Below, piece by piece: positions 30,917 through 40,313 of a DNA stretch of 64,000 nt. The stretch spans positions 8,224,001-8,288,000 of the forward strand of contig OY970303.1 of assembly GCA_963716255.1 (NCBI GenBank), in the 5' to 3' direction. Origin of the DNA: an uncultured Gemmatimonadales bacterium. Lineage in GTDB: Bacteria; Gemmatimonadota; Gemmatimonadetes; Longimicrobiales; Longimicrobiaceae. The first letter of the stretch is position 1, and every line of letters starts with the position of its first letter. A program made the position numbers and the translations under genes. A model generated the notes under the pieces. It saw only the letters and a program-made list of their open reading frames with translations. It did not search any database and was not told the DNA's origin.

Positions 30917-31630
30917 TTACGTACCCGCAAAGACGCGCACGCTCACCGTGTCGGCCTTGCCGTCGCTGCGGGCGACGATGCGCGCGGTCCCCACCGCCAG
31001 GGCGGTCACGATCGCGCTGCGCGCCCGGGTCGCGGTCAGGACCCCCACCGTGGGATCGAGGCTAGAGAACTCGATGGGGGGCGGTCCGTTGGGCTGGGCG
31101 CCCGACAGGACGTAGGGGTTGCCGTAGCGGTCCCTCGCGTCCGTGACCAGCACCTCCAGGCTAGAACCCCGCCGCAGCGAGTCCGCGGCGGCGGTGAGGA
31201 CCAGGGTGCCCACCACGGTGTCCGCGTACACCAGCGCCTGCACGCGGTCGAACGCGCCCGTGCCGCCGTTCACCGTCGCGACCACCTCCTGGATCCCCGA
31301 GCGGGTGTCCGTAGTCCACGTGCCGCCGACCGTCCCCTGCGCGCCCGTGGTCGTGCCGTCCGGCGCCACCGCCCCGCTCCCCGACCAGAGGATCGGGGCA
31401 CCCTCCACCGGCTGCCCGTTGTCGTCCGTCACCGTCGCGACGACGCGGGCGGTGGACCCGGCACGGAGCACCTGGTTGGAGCCCGCCTGCCCCACCTCGA
31501 TGTTCGTGCGCACCGCACTCGCCCGCTCCGCCGGTGTGGGCGTTCCCGATCCGTCGTCGTCGCACGCCGCCAGGGTGAGCGCCAGGGCGGCGGCCACGGT
31601 TCCGTAGCGCTGGAATCGCTGGATCATCAT
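30917..31630 (-). CDS. Ig-like-domain lipoprotein
   Basis: Lipobox LAAC; ATVTDDNGQPVEG and FSSLDPTV...GTARIVA Big-type repeats. Confidence 0.75.
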   Translation of the reverse strand: MMIQRFQRYGTVAAALALTLAACDDDGSGTPTPAERASAVRTNIEVGQAGSNQVLRAGSTARVVATVTDDNGQPVEGAPILWSGSGAVAPDGTTTGAQGTVGGTWTTDTRSGIQEVVATVNGGTGAFDRVQALVYADTVVGTLVLTAAADSLRRGSSLEVLVTDARDRYGNPYVLSGAQPNGPPPIEFSSLDPTVGVLTATRARSAIVTALAVGTARIVARSDGKADTVSVRVFAGT

Positions 31631-31776
31631 CTTCGTCCCCTCCGTGTGAAAGTGCATGGTCCCGCCGCCCCGCGCGCGGCGGCCCGCGCACCGGGGAGCC
31701 GCAGCGCAGCGTACCCGAGGAGCGGCCGTGCCGGGTCCGACGGCCAGGTGAAGCATGTCCTGCCGCGTGGCGGCGG

Positions 31777-31791
31777 TCTTGGACGAATTTG
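31777..31791 (-). promoter_or_regulatory. Island regulon box CAAATTCGTCCAAGA
   Basis: CATGCT 19 nt downstream. Confidence 0.75.
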
Positions 31792-31821
31792 CCGGTGGGA
31801 GCGGAGGCCGGCCGAGCGCGG

Positions 31822-32175
31822 TCAGGAAGCCGGAGCGGATTCCCTCCGGGCAGCCTTCTCCAGGTCCGCCTCCAGCGTGTAGTTGAGGAAGGTGCGGATC
31901 AGGGCCAGGGCCGCGAGCCGGCCGATCTGGGACCACGTGGGCACGACCGCCGTGTGCAGCACGTCGGATGCGAGCTGGAACTCCAGCGACAGTACCAGCC
32001 ACCGCGCCAGCCCCAGCCACGTCTCCCGCTGCGCCGCCTGCGTCGCCCGGTGCCGGACGGCCAGCCAGGCGAGCGAGACGAACGACGTGGCGGCCCCATA
32101 GACGAGGACGGCCGCGGCGGCGGCTTCCACCGCCGTCGCGGCCGCTTCCACCACACCGACGAACAGTTCCTCCAT
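31822..32175 (-). CDS. DUF1622-family membrane protein
   Basis: LSLEFQLASDVLHT, PTW..IG.L, IRTFLNY.L. Confidence 0.88.
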   Translation of the reverse strand: MEELFVGVVEAAATAVEAAAAAVLVYGAATSFVSLAWLAVRHRATQAAQRETWLGLARWLVLSLEFQLASDVLHTAVVPTWSQIGRLAALALIRTFLNYTLEADLEKAARRESAPAS

Positions 32176-32205
32176 TCCATCCTCCCAGGTTCGGGGCCGT
32201 TCCCC

Positions 32206-33513
32206 TCAGAAGAGGAAGAGCAGGCGCGCGGCCGGGACGACGGCGGTGTCCACCCCGGAGCGGAACGGCCGTACCACCTGCAGGTCGCCCGTGAGGCGGG
32301 CCCAGGGGGTGAGGGCCAGGCTGTAGAACACCTCGAATGCCTGCTCGTCGTCGATGTCGATCAGCCGCCCGACCAGGTCCTTGAAGTCGCCGCCGAACCC
32401 CGTGTAGGCCCACGCCGCGCCGAAGGAGTCCAGCTCCCTGCCCCCGAAGGGGCTGGTGCCGCCCACGCCCACGTTGAAGTACCGGTCGATCGGGTTGGTG
32501 CTCTCGTCGGCCAGCCCCACCGCCCAGTAGAGCCTCCACCCCGTCCGGTGCGGCCCCGGGCTCTCCTGGATGAACTGGTCCCCCGTATAGGTGACCGACC
32601 AGCCGCCGCTCTCGCGCTCCACCGACACCGTGGTGTCCGGGCGGGGCAGGATCAGGTGCGGGATCTCGTCGAACGGGGTGAGCTCCTGGCTGCTCCACGT
32701 CCCGTGGATCCCCTGGTGCCCCGGCCGGCCGAAGAACCGCGTGGGGAGGGTCAGGGCGGGAAACACCGTCACTCCGTCCCCGAACGCGTCGCTGAGCCCG
32801 CTGGTCAGAGAGCTGTTCCTGGAGTCGATGATCATCAGGGTGGCCACGGGTTCGCCCCCCATCACCAACGCTACGCTCCCCCCGAGCGTCACGAGCGGGA
32901 CGTTCCTGGCCTCGTGCGTGGGCGCGATCTGCCCCACGTTCATGAACCCGGTCAGCCCCGTGCCGTCGGGGACGAGCTCCAGGGTTGAGAACCTGCCCAC
33001 CGAAACGGCGAGCGCGCTGCCGGGCCTGCCGAAGGGGAAGAGCTGCGTGAAGTTGAGCGCCACCAGGGAGGTCTCGGTGCCGTCCTCCGCGGGGTCGACC
33101 AGGGCGGTGTTCACGGGGATGGCCGCGCCCGCCGCGGTGGACAGCTCGCCGTAGCGGGTCGCCGCCTTCGCCGCCAGGACGCCGCCGGACCAGAGTCCCA
33201 GCTTGTGGGTGTCGATCTTCAGCTCCACCTCCAGCTTGCCGCCGTACTCCGCCTCCTGGTCCAGCCCTCCCGTCACCGGCCCCTGGACGAACTGGCCGAA
33301 GGCGACCTCCGTCGTGAAGGGGTTCCGGCCCGGCGCCGAGGTGGCGTCCGGAGCGCCCTGCGCGCAGGCCACCGCGGGCGCGCACGGCAGCGCAGCCAGC
33401 AGCGCGCAGGCCGCCGCGGTCCGGACGCTCCGCGTGGCTGGACTGCGGACGGGATCCGGCCCGCGCGATCCCTTCCTCTCCCCTCCTGCCCCCGTCTCGT
33501 TCGCGATGGACAT
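32206..33513 (-). CDS. Carbohydrate-selective porin (OprB family)
   Basis: YGGK...D..KLGLW.GG, EQAFEVFY, LTPWARLTGDLQVV, terminal F. Confidence 0.82.
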   Translation of the reverse strand: MSIANETGAGGERKGSRGPDPVRSPATRSVRTAAACALLAALPCAPAVACAQGAPDATSAPGRNPFTTEVAFGQFVQGPVTGGLDQEAEYGGKLEVELKIDTHKLGLWSGGVLAAKAATRYGELSTAAGAAIPVNTALVDPAEDGTETSLVALNFTQLFPFGRPGSALAVSVGRFSTLELVPDGTGLTGFMNVGQIAPTHEARNVPLVTLGGSVALVMGGEPVATLMIIDSRNSSLTSGLSDAFGDGVTVFPALTLPTRFFGRPGHQGIHGTWSSQELTPFDEIPHLILPRPDTTVSVERESGGWSVTYTGDQFIQESPGPHRTGWRLYWAVGLADESTNPIDRYFNVGVGGTSPFGGRELDSFGAAWAYTGFGGDFKDLVGRLIDIDDEQAFEVFYSLALTPWARLTGDLQVVRPFRSGVDTAVVPAARLLFLF

Positions 33514-33620
33514 CGTTCGCCTTCCTGTTGTGCGTTTGCCCGCCCCTCGGCGCGGGGACCGGCCGCGCCCGGGACGACCGGCGGGGCCGCGTCAACGATG
33601 GTCCGACCGGGGGAAGCGCG

Positions 33621-33635
33621 TCTTGTACGATTTTG
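33621..33635 (-). promoter_or_regulatory. Island regulon box CAAAATCGTACAAGA
   Basis: CATCGT 20 nt downstream. Confidence 0.75.
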
Positions 33636-33663
33636 TCGAGCCGCCGCGGCGGGCTCCCCGGCC

Positions 33664-34545
33664 TCATTTCGCGAGTGTAATCCTGCTCGCGCGCCGGTCC
33701 GGAGACGCGCCGTTCGAGAGGCGGATGTAGACGGCCGACAGGGCGGCGCTCACCAGCAGGTAGAGCACGACCGCGGGCAGCACCTCCTTGTGTCCCGGGA
33801 AGATGGCGGAGGCCGCGCCGATGGCGACGGCGGGGTGCCGCGCGGCGGTCGAGAGCGCGAGCACCACCCGGTCCCGCGGATCCGGTCCCCCGAGCAGGTG
33901 GCCGGCCGCGAGCCCGGCCATCGCGAACCCCGCCACCGCCAGGAGCGTCCCGTTGCCGATCAGCGACAGCATGGGCCGCCAGGTGGTCGCCAGGAGCGGC
34001 AGGCAGGCGGCGGCCAGGAGCACCGCCGCCGCGAGACCCACGGGTTTCGCGGCGCGGGCAGCGAAGCGGGGCGCAAGCAGGCCGACGACGATCCCCACCA
34101 CCAGCGGCCCGAGCACGGAGGTCAGCACGACCACAGCCACCTTCTCCGCCGCGAGGTGCCGCGGGGCGCCGATGGCCTCCCCCACCAGGCGCACGCCGAG
34201 GGGCACGGTCACGATGGCCAGGAGGCCCGTCGCGGCGAGAAGCCCCACCACGTACGAGCCGCGCCCGCCCGCCTTCAGCTCCTTGTTGGGGAGCAGCGGC
34301 GGAACCGGCGAGAGTGCCAGCGCCACCAGCGCCACCTTTACCGCCGGATGAAGGTCGAAGGCGACCGCGAGCGCCACGGCCAGCAGGGGCATGACGACGA
34401 GCATCGCCAGGAGCGACCGCGCCAGCCTCCCGAAGTCGTGGAACAGGGACAGCACGTCCTCGCGCCGCGTCTTCAGGCCCAGGGCAAGGACGATCATCGC
34501 GATGCTCGCCTTCAGCACCAGCGGGATCAGGGTCGCAAGCGTCAT
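33664..34545 (-). CDS. BASS-family Na+-dependent transporter
   Basis: LALSPVPPLLP, LALSTAARHPAVA; about 9 TM helices. Confidence 0.85.
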   Translation of the reverse strand: MTLATLIPLVLKASIAMIVLALGLKTRREDVLSLFHDFGRLARSLLAMLVVMPLLAVALAVAFDLHPAVKVALVALALSPVPPLLPNKELKAGGRGSYVVGLLAATGLLAIVTVPLGVRLVGEAIGAPRHLAAEKVAVVVLTSVLGPLVVGIVVGLLAPRFAARAAKPVGLAAAVLLAAACLPLLATTWRPMLSLIGNGTLLAVAGFAMAGLAAGHLLGGPDPRDRVVLALSTAARHPAVAIGAASAIFPGHKEVLPAVVLYLLVSAALSAVYIRLSNGASPDRRASRITLAK

Positions 34546-34624
34546 GACGGAGCCTTTCTCCACCGCATCGGGTGGAACCTGGGACGAGGGGATTCGCCGG
34601 CTTCGCCCTCGGGAGCCCGGCGGG

Positions 34625-35101
34625 TCAGCCGAACGGGCCCACCCTGAACACCATGCTCAGGATGGCCAGCAGCCCCGTGGCGAGCAGGAGCAGGGCGACG
34701 ATCAGGGTCATGGAGACCGGGAAGTGGCTCTCCGCGTGGACCAGCCCGGCCGCCTTCATCTGCTGCCGCTCGCGTCGCAGCCCGGCCATGAACGACAGGT
34801 GGTAGGCGATGCCGACCACCAGCATCACGATCCCCAGCAGCACCAGCGCGATCCCGAAGTTGCGGGGCGGGGCGCTTCCCCACCCCTGCGACTCGGCCAT
34901 CTTCCCGAAGACCTGGGCGATGGTGAAGCCGAAGCTGATGAGGGACAGCGAAGTGCGGATCGCCGACATCAGCGTGCGGTCGGCGCTCATGCGCGTGCGC
35001 TGGAACGACATTCCCGTCCGGCGCGAAGACAGCTCGATCGACATCTCGTCGGCCGAGCGCTCCGGCGCCGCTGCATTCGGGTCCTTCGGCTCTGTCCCCA
35101 T
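34625..35101 (-). CDS. DUF202/YidH-family membrane protein
   Basis: RTRMSADRTLMSAIRTSLSLISFGF. Confidence 0.88.
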   Translation of the reverse strand: MGTEPKDPNAAAPERSADEMSIELSSRRTGMSFQRTRMSADRTLMSAIRTSLSLISFGFTIAQVFGKMAESQGWGSAPPRNFGIALVLLGIVMLVVGIAYHLSFMAGLRRERQQMKAAGLVHAESHFPVSMTLIVALLLLATGLLAILSMVFRVGPFG

Positions 35102-35155
35102 CCGCTCCTCCCGAGGTTGCCTCCCATCCACTCCCTCCCGCACGCCGGGAGCGGG

Positions 35156-36118
35156 CTACGCCCCGGCGGCCGGGGGAAACACCGTGTTCCAGTCCGCCTT
35201 CATGTCCGCGACCACCCAGCGGCGACCCGGCGCCTCGTCGAGGACCCAGTCGAGCCGGCCGCTCGGGACGTGCTCGCGGTCGTATCTGAATTCGCGCTCG
35301 CCGTCCGTGTGGTGCACGATCACTCCCAGCGACGGTCGCCCGTCCGGACGGCCCACGGTGGTCCACGTCAGCATCTCGCGGTCGCCGTCGGAGTTCCCGA
35401 AGCATGCGATGGGGCGCCGGCCGATGGACCGGTTGATCCCCACGGGCTTTCCCGCCCTGTCGTCCAGGAAGTCGAGCGCGGGATCGCGCACCAGCACGGG
35501 CGCCTCGCCGCGCGCTTCGAAGTGCGTGCGGATGGTGGAGCCGATCACCTGGTGGGGCGGCACGCCGTACACCTCCTGCGCGAACACGCGCATGAACTCC
35601 ACCCCGCCGCCCGACACGATGAACGTGGTGAAGCCCCGCGCGCGCAGCAGCCGCAGCACCTGCAGCATGGGCTGGTAGACGGCCCGGGTGAACGGGATGC
35701 CCAGCTTCGGGTGCCGGGACGCGGCCAGCCAGCCGCGCACGATGGCCTCGAACTCGTCCGTGGTCATCCCCGCGTGCGTGGCCATGGTCAACGCCGCCAC
35801 GGCCTTCTCGCCCTGGGCGGCGACCGCGTTCATGTCGCCGCCCAGCACGGAGCGGAACGGCTCCGTCGTCTTCCACTCCGGATGGTCCGGGGCGAGCTCC
35901 CGCAGGCGCGCCCCGATGAAGTATCCCTGCACCGGCAGGGGCATCTCGCACCAGAGCGTGCCGTCGTTGTCGAACACGGCGATGCGCTCGTCCACCGGCA
36001 CGAACTCCGGCCCACCCCGCGTCGTCGCGCGTACGACGAAGTCCAGGATCGCATCCCGCGCAGGGCCCGGATTCCACGAGGGGAGCGTGCCCGCAAGTTC
36101 CCTTTCCACGCCGGTCAT
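35156..36118 (-). CDS. HAD-family hydrolase
   Basis: AVFDNDGTLW, IVSGGG, GKP, FGNSDGD. Confidence 0.9.
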   Translation of the reverse strand: MTGVERELAGTLPSWNPGPARDAILDFVVRATTRGGPEFVPVDERIAVFDNDGTLWCEMPLPVQGYFIGARLRELAPDHPEWKTTEPFRSVLGGDMNAVAAQGEKAVAALTMATHAGMTTDEFEAIVRGWLAASRHPKLGIPFTRAVYQPMLQVLRLLRARGFTTFIVSGGGVEFMRVFAQEVYGVPPHQVIGSTIRTHFEARGEAPVLVRDPALDFLDDRAGKPVGINRSIGRRPIACFGNSDGDREMLTWTTVGRPDGRPSLGVIVHHTDGEREFRYDREHVPSGRLDWVLDEAPGRRWVVADMKADWNTVFPPAAGA

Positions 36119-36208
36119 CGGGGTTCCTCCTCCCGCGGTTCATCCCTCCGTGCGCCTGCCGCCGGGCGGCGGAAAGCGCCGCCGCCCGGTCCGGGGGACA
36201 GGGTCGTC

Positions 36209-37765
36209 CTAGTCGCCGCTTGCCGCGTCGCTCATCTTCGCCATCGCGTCGTCGATGGTGAAGCTGTTGGGCTTCTGGATGGCCGGGAACTCCTTGAACG
36301 TTTCCGCGAACTTCCCGGCAACCGCCTGCACCGCGTAGATGAGGTAGGCGTGCTGCATCATCCAGTCGTCGTACGTGTTCGAGGTGATGGTCGCGTACTC
36401 GAAGGGGTCTGTGCGCAGGTTGTAGATGACGGGCGCCCGAAGCCGCACGAAAGGGTCGCGCCAGACGGCCAGCCTGCCCGGTGTGCGCTGCTCCATGAAC
36501 GTGATCTTCCAGTTGTCCATGCGGATCGCGAGCACGTCGCCGTCGTCGCTGAAGTAGAAGTAGAAGTTGCGGGGGCTCTTCTTCTCCTGCCCGGTCAGGT
36601 AGGGGAGCAGGTTGTAGCCGTCGATGTGGTTCTTGTAGGTCCGCCCGATGGCCTGGTAACCCTTCTTCAGCTTCTCCACCACGTCGGGGGCGCCTGCCAG
36701 GGCCATGAAGGTCGGTAGCCAGTCATGGTGCTGGACGATCTCGTTGCTGATCGAGCCGGCTTCGACCTTCCCCGGCCAGCGGACGATCATCGGCACCCGG
36801 AAGGCGCCCTCCCAGTTCGTGTTCTTCTCGCTGCGGAACGGCGTCGTGCCGCCGTCCGGCCAGGAGTTGCGGTGCGGCCCGTTGTCGGTCGAGTACTGGA
36901 CCAGGGTCTCCTCGGCGATGCCCATCTCGTCGAGGAAGTCGAGCATCTGGCCCACGTTCCTGTCGTGGTCGATCATGGTGTCGTGGTAGGCCGACTGCCA
37001 GCGCCCGGCCTGGCCGCGGCTCTCGGGCTTGGTGTGGGTGTAGAGGTGCATGTGGGTGGTGTTGAGCCACACGAACCAGGGCACACCGGCCTCTTCCTGG
37101 CGGCGGATGAAGTCCTGGGCGGCGGCCACGAACTCGTCGTCGCAGGTCAGCATCCGTTTGCGGTCGAGCGGTCCGGTGTCCTCGATCTTCTGCTTGCCCA
37201 CCCGGCCCCAGCGCGGCATCTCGGTCGGATCGTCCGTGTCCGTCGCCCAGGAGTGGATGACGCCGCGCGGCCCGAACTGGTCGCGGAAATGCGGGAAGTC
37301 CTGGGCGTCGGGGTAGTCCTCCATCTCCGGCTCCTCCTCGGCGTTGAGGTGGTAGAGGTTGCCGAAGAACTCGTCGAAGCCGTGGTTGGTGGGCAGCATG
37401 CCGTTCAGGTCGCCCAGGTGGTTCTTGCCGAACTGCCCGGTGGCGTAGCCCTGCTCCTTGAGGAGCGCGGCGATGGTGACGAGCTTCTCGTTCATGCCGA
37501 CGGGGGCACCGGGCAGACCGACCTTGGAGAGACCGGTGCGGTACACGCTCTGCCCGGTGATGAAGGCGGACCTGCCGGCGGTGCAGCTCTGCTCGCCGTA
37601 GCTGTCGGTGAACATCATCCCTTCGCGGGCGATGCGGTCGATGTTGGGCGTGCGGTAGCCCATCAGCCCGTGGCTGTAGCACGACAGGTTGGAGATGCCG
37701 ATGTCGTCGCCCCAGAACACCAGGATGTTCGGCCTGCCCTGGGTGGGATCGTTTGTGGTTGCCAT
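36209..37765 (-). CDS. Arylsulfatase (CTAGR-type signature)
   Basis: PNILVFWGDDIG, SCTAGRSAFITGQ, GKNHLGD, TDNG. Confidence 0.93.
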   Translation of the reverse strand: MATTNDPTQGRPNILVFWGDDIGISNLSCYSHGLMGYRTPNIDRIAREGMMFTDSYGEQSCTAGRSAFITGQSVYRTGLSKVGLPGAPVGMNEKLVTIAALLKEQGYATGQFGKNHLGDLNGMLPTNHGFDEFFGNLYHLNAEEEPEMEDYPDAQDFPHFRDQFGPRGVIHSWATDTDDPTEMPRWGRVGKQKIEDTGPLDRKRMLTCDDEFVAAAQDFIRRQEEAGVPWFVWLNTTHMHLYTHTKPESRGQAGRWQSAYHDTMIDHDRNVGQMLDFLDEMGIAEETLVQYSTDNGPHRNSWPDGGTTPFRSEKNTNWEGAFRVPMIVRWPGKVEAGSISNEIVQHHDWLPTFMALAGAPDVVEKLKKGYQAIGRTYKNHIDGYNLLPYLTGQEKKSPRNFYFYFSDDGDVLAIRMDNWKITFMEQRTPGRLAVWRDPFVRLRAPVIYNLRTDPFEYATITSNTYDDWMMQHAYLIYAVQAVAGKFAETFKEFPAIQKPNSFTIDDAMAKMSDAASGD

Positions 37766-37867
37766 CGTTCGCCTTCCTTTCCGGATGGGTTTTTCACTCG
37801 CCGTGGAGCACACGGTCCCGGCAAGCGGGGCGGGGTCCCGGCGGCCGCCGGATCCCGGGGCTCGGGT

Positions 37868-39010
37868 TCACGGGTGCGGCCGGGACAAGGATCGTACGGG
37901 GGCAGACGCGCGTCTTGGACGATTTTGCCGGCCGGATGCGGACGGGCCGCGCGCGGACGCCGGCGCCGCCCGCACCCCCGCCGCCGTCCGGCCAGGGGGG
38001 TCGGGAAAGACCTGCCGCCAGTCGCGCCGGATGCTCACCACGGTGAAGCCGAACTGCCTCGCCGCCCGGAGCGAGGCGCTGTCCCGCTCGGCGTACGCGA
38101 ACTCGCGCGCTGGATCGTCGTGGTTGACGAGGAGCTGGAACGATGGACCCGACCGTCCCTTCGAGTAGCGCATCATGGCGATGTCGCCGCCCGACAGGAC
38201 GTTGCCGGCCACGAAGGCAGGCCGCCGCCCGATGTGCCGGTCGATGCCGACCGGCTTCCCCTCCTTGTCGTTCAGGTGCTCCACCTGCGGCTGCCGCACC
38301 AGGACCAGCCTGCCGCCGGCCACCCGCGGCTCCCGCTTGAGCTCGCTGCCGATGGTCTGCTCGGGCGGCACCCCGTACGCCTCCGGGGCGAAGACGCGGA
38401 CGAAGTCGAGCGTCCCCCCGGAACAGATCCAGGTCCGGAACCCGCTGGCGCGCAGGTAGGCGAGCAGTTCGAGCATGGGCTGGTAGACCACGCCCGCGAT
38501 GGGGCGGTCCAGATCCGGGTGCCGTGCTTCCGCCAGGAATCGGCGGGCCTCGGCGGCGAACTCCTCCTGCGTGGTCCCGCTGTGCGTCTTCAGCAGGAGC
38601 TTCGCGACCGCCTCCGCACCGGCTTCATGGAAGTAGGCCGCGTCCCCTTCCAGCGCCGCCCGGAACGGCTGCGTGGACCTCAGCGACGGATCGCCCTCGG
38701 CGAGCTCCCGGAGCCGCGACAGGACGAAGTAGACCTCCACCGGCAGCGGCTTCTCCGCCCAGAGCGTCCCGTCGTTGTCGAACGTCGCGACCCGCTCCTC
38801 CACGGGAACGAAGTCCGGCCCGCCCGGGGTCGTGGCGCGCTGCACGAAGGCGACGACGGCCCGCTTTGCCGGGCCGTCGTTCCACGAGGGGAGGGGATCG
38901 GCCCCGGGAGCCTGCGTCGCGCCGGGCGCGCTCCACGAGAGGGCGAGCAGCAGGGCGAGCACGGCGTGAAACCGCCCGGCGCCCCCGCTCCGCGGCGCAG
39001 TCCTCCTCAT
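37868..39010 (-). CDS. HAD-family hydrolase with signal peptide
   Basis: ATFDNDGTLW, CSGG, GKP, AGN..SGGD. Confidence 0.88.
   Translation of the reverse strand: MRRTAPRSGGAGRFHAVLALLLALSWSAPGATQAPGADPLPSWNDGPAKRAVVAFVQRATTPGGPDFVPVEERVATFDNDGTLWAEKPLPVEVYFVLSRLRELAEGDPSLRSTQPFRAALEGDAAYFHEAGAEAVAKLLLKTHSGTTQEEFAAEARRFLAEARHPDLDRPIAGVVYQPMLELLAYLRASGFRTWICSGGTLDFVRVFAPEAYGVPPEQTIGSELKREPRVAGGRLVLVRQPQVEHLNDKEGKPVGIDRHIGRRPAFVAGNVLSGGDIAMMRYSKGRSGPSFQLLVNHDDPAREFAYAERDSASLRAARQFGFTVVSIRRDWRQVFPDPPGRTAAGVRAAPASARGPSASGRQNRPRRASAPVRSLSRPHP
37913..37927 (-). promoter_or_regulatory. Island regulon box CAAAATCGTCCAAGA (inside the HAD 3' tail)
   Basis: Precedes the sulfatase starting at 37765; TACGATCCT downstream. 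Confidence 0.7.
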
Positions 39011-40047
39011 CGGGGCTTTCCTTCCGGCGCGTCTCCGGCCGGCGTGCCGAACCCGCTCGACGGAGCGCGCACGATGCACCGGAAGCCCTGGTGGCCCGTC
39101 CCCGTGTCCACCTGCTGCGGGATCCGCGCGGCCGGCCGGTAGCGGACGCAGTAGTTGGGGGCGCACAGGTACGAGCCGCCCTTGAGCACCTTGCGCGGGA
39201 TGCGGACGGCCGGCTGCCGGGGGTCGAAGCTCGCTTCCCGCTCGCCGCCCCGGGGATCGGGGATCGCGCAGCAGCACGAGCCCTTGACCCGCGCGTGCTC
39301 CTGCCACCAGTCGGTGGTCCATTCCCACACGTTGCCGATCATGTCGTACAGGCCGTGGCCGTTCGGCGGAAAGCTCCCCACCGGCGAGGTGCGCTCCCAG
39401 CCGTCCTCCACGAAGTTCTCGTGCGGGAACTCCCCCTGCCAGACGTTCGCCATGATCCGTCCGCCGGGCGACAGCTCGTCCCCCCACGCGTACTGCTTGC
39501 CCTCCAGCCCTCCGCGCGCCGCGAGCTCCCATTCGGCCTCGGTCGGAAGCTCCTTGCCGGCCCACGCCGCATAGGCCGCTGCGTCCTCGAAGGCGACATG
39601 AACGACCGGGTGTCTCGCCAGCCCCGCGGCCGAACTCCCCGGGCCCGCAGGGCGTCTCCAGCACGCACCCGGCACGTAGTCCCACCATGCGAAGTGGCTG
39701 CCGAGGCCGACGAAGCCCGCCGGCTTCACGAAGACGACCGCGCCCGGGACGAGCCGGTCCGGGAGCGCGCCAGGGTACTGGGCCGGGTCCAGCTCGCGCT
39801 CGGCGACGGTCACGTACCCGGTCGCCGCGACGAACCGTTGGAACTCGGCGTTCGTCACCGGGTGCCGGTCCATCCAGAACCCCGCCACGCTCACGGCGTG
39901 GGCCGGGGCCTCCTCGGGGTAGTGGTCGTCCGACCCCATGCGGAAGGTGCCGCCCGGCACCCACGCCATGCCGTCGAGGGGCGGCGTCCCCCGGCGAGTC
40001 CCGCGACGGGTCCGTCTGGACCTCGACGACGAAGTGCTGTGTGCCAT
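39007..40047 (-). CDS. Formylglycine-generating enzyme (SUMF1/FGE), sulfatase maturase
   Basis: LPTEAEWE.AARGG, GNVWEW, KGGSYLCAPNYCVRYRPAAR, GFRC. Confidence 0.95.
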   Translation of the reverse strand: MAHSTSSSRSRRTRRGTRRGTPPLDGMAWVPGGTFRMGSDDHYPEEAPAHAVSVAGFWMDRHPVTNAEFQRFVAATGYVTVAERELDPAQYPGALPDRLVPGAVVFVKPAGFVGLGSHFAWWDYVPGACWRRPAGPGSSAAGLARHPVVHVAFEDAAAYAAWAGKELPTEAEWELAARGGLEGKQYAWGDELSPGGRIMANVWQGEFPHENFVEDGWERTSPVGSFPPNGHGLYDMIGNVWEWTTDWWQEHARVKGSCCCAIPDPRGGEREASFDPRQPAVRIPRKVLKGGSYLCAPNYCVRYRPAARIPQQVDTGTGHQGFRCIVRAPSSGFGTPAGDAPEGKPR

Positions 40048-40171
40048 GCTCCTGTCCTTTCCCGCTCGGAGGTGGAATTGCGACGCTCCCCCGGTGCGCC
40101 CTGCCACGCGGGGACGCTGCGCCGGCACGGGAGCCCGGACCCGGGAAGAGTACCCCGCCCCCGCCCGCGCC

Positions 40172-40187
40172 TCTTGGCGGTTCTTTG
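40172..40187 (-). promoter_or_regulatory. Island regulon box variant CAAAGAACCGCCAAGA
   Basis: TACTCT 19 nt downstream; heads the FGE operon. Confidence 0.6.
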
Positions 40188-40313
40188 CCCTCGCAACGTC
40201 GGCGGAAGCACGCAGCCCCGCCCCGGCGGCTGCCGGGGCGGGGCTGTCGGACGTTCATGGGACGCGGGGAAGGATCGCTGCGCTTCCGTGCCCGAGGCGA
40301 GTCTATCGGTGCC

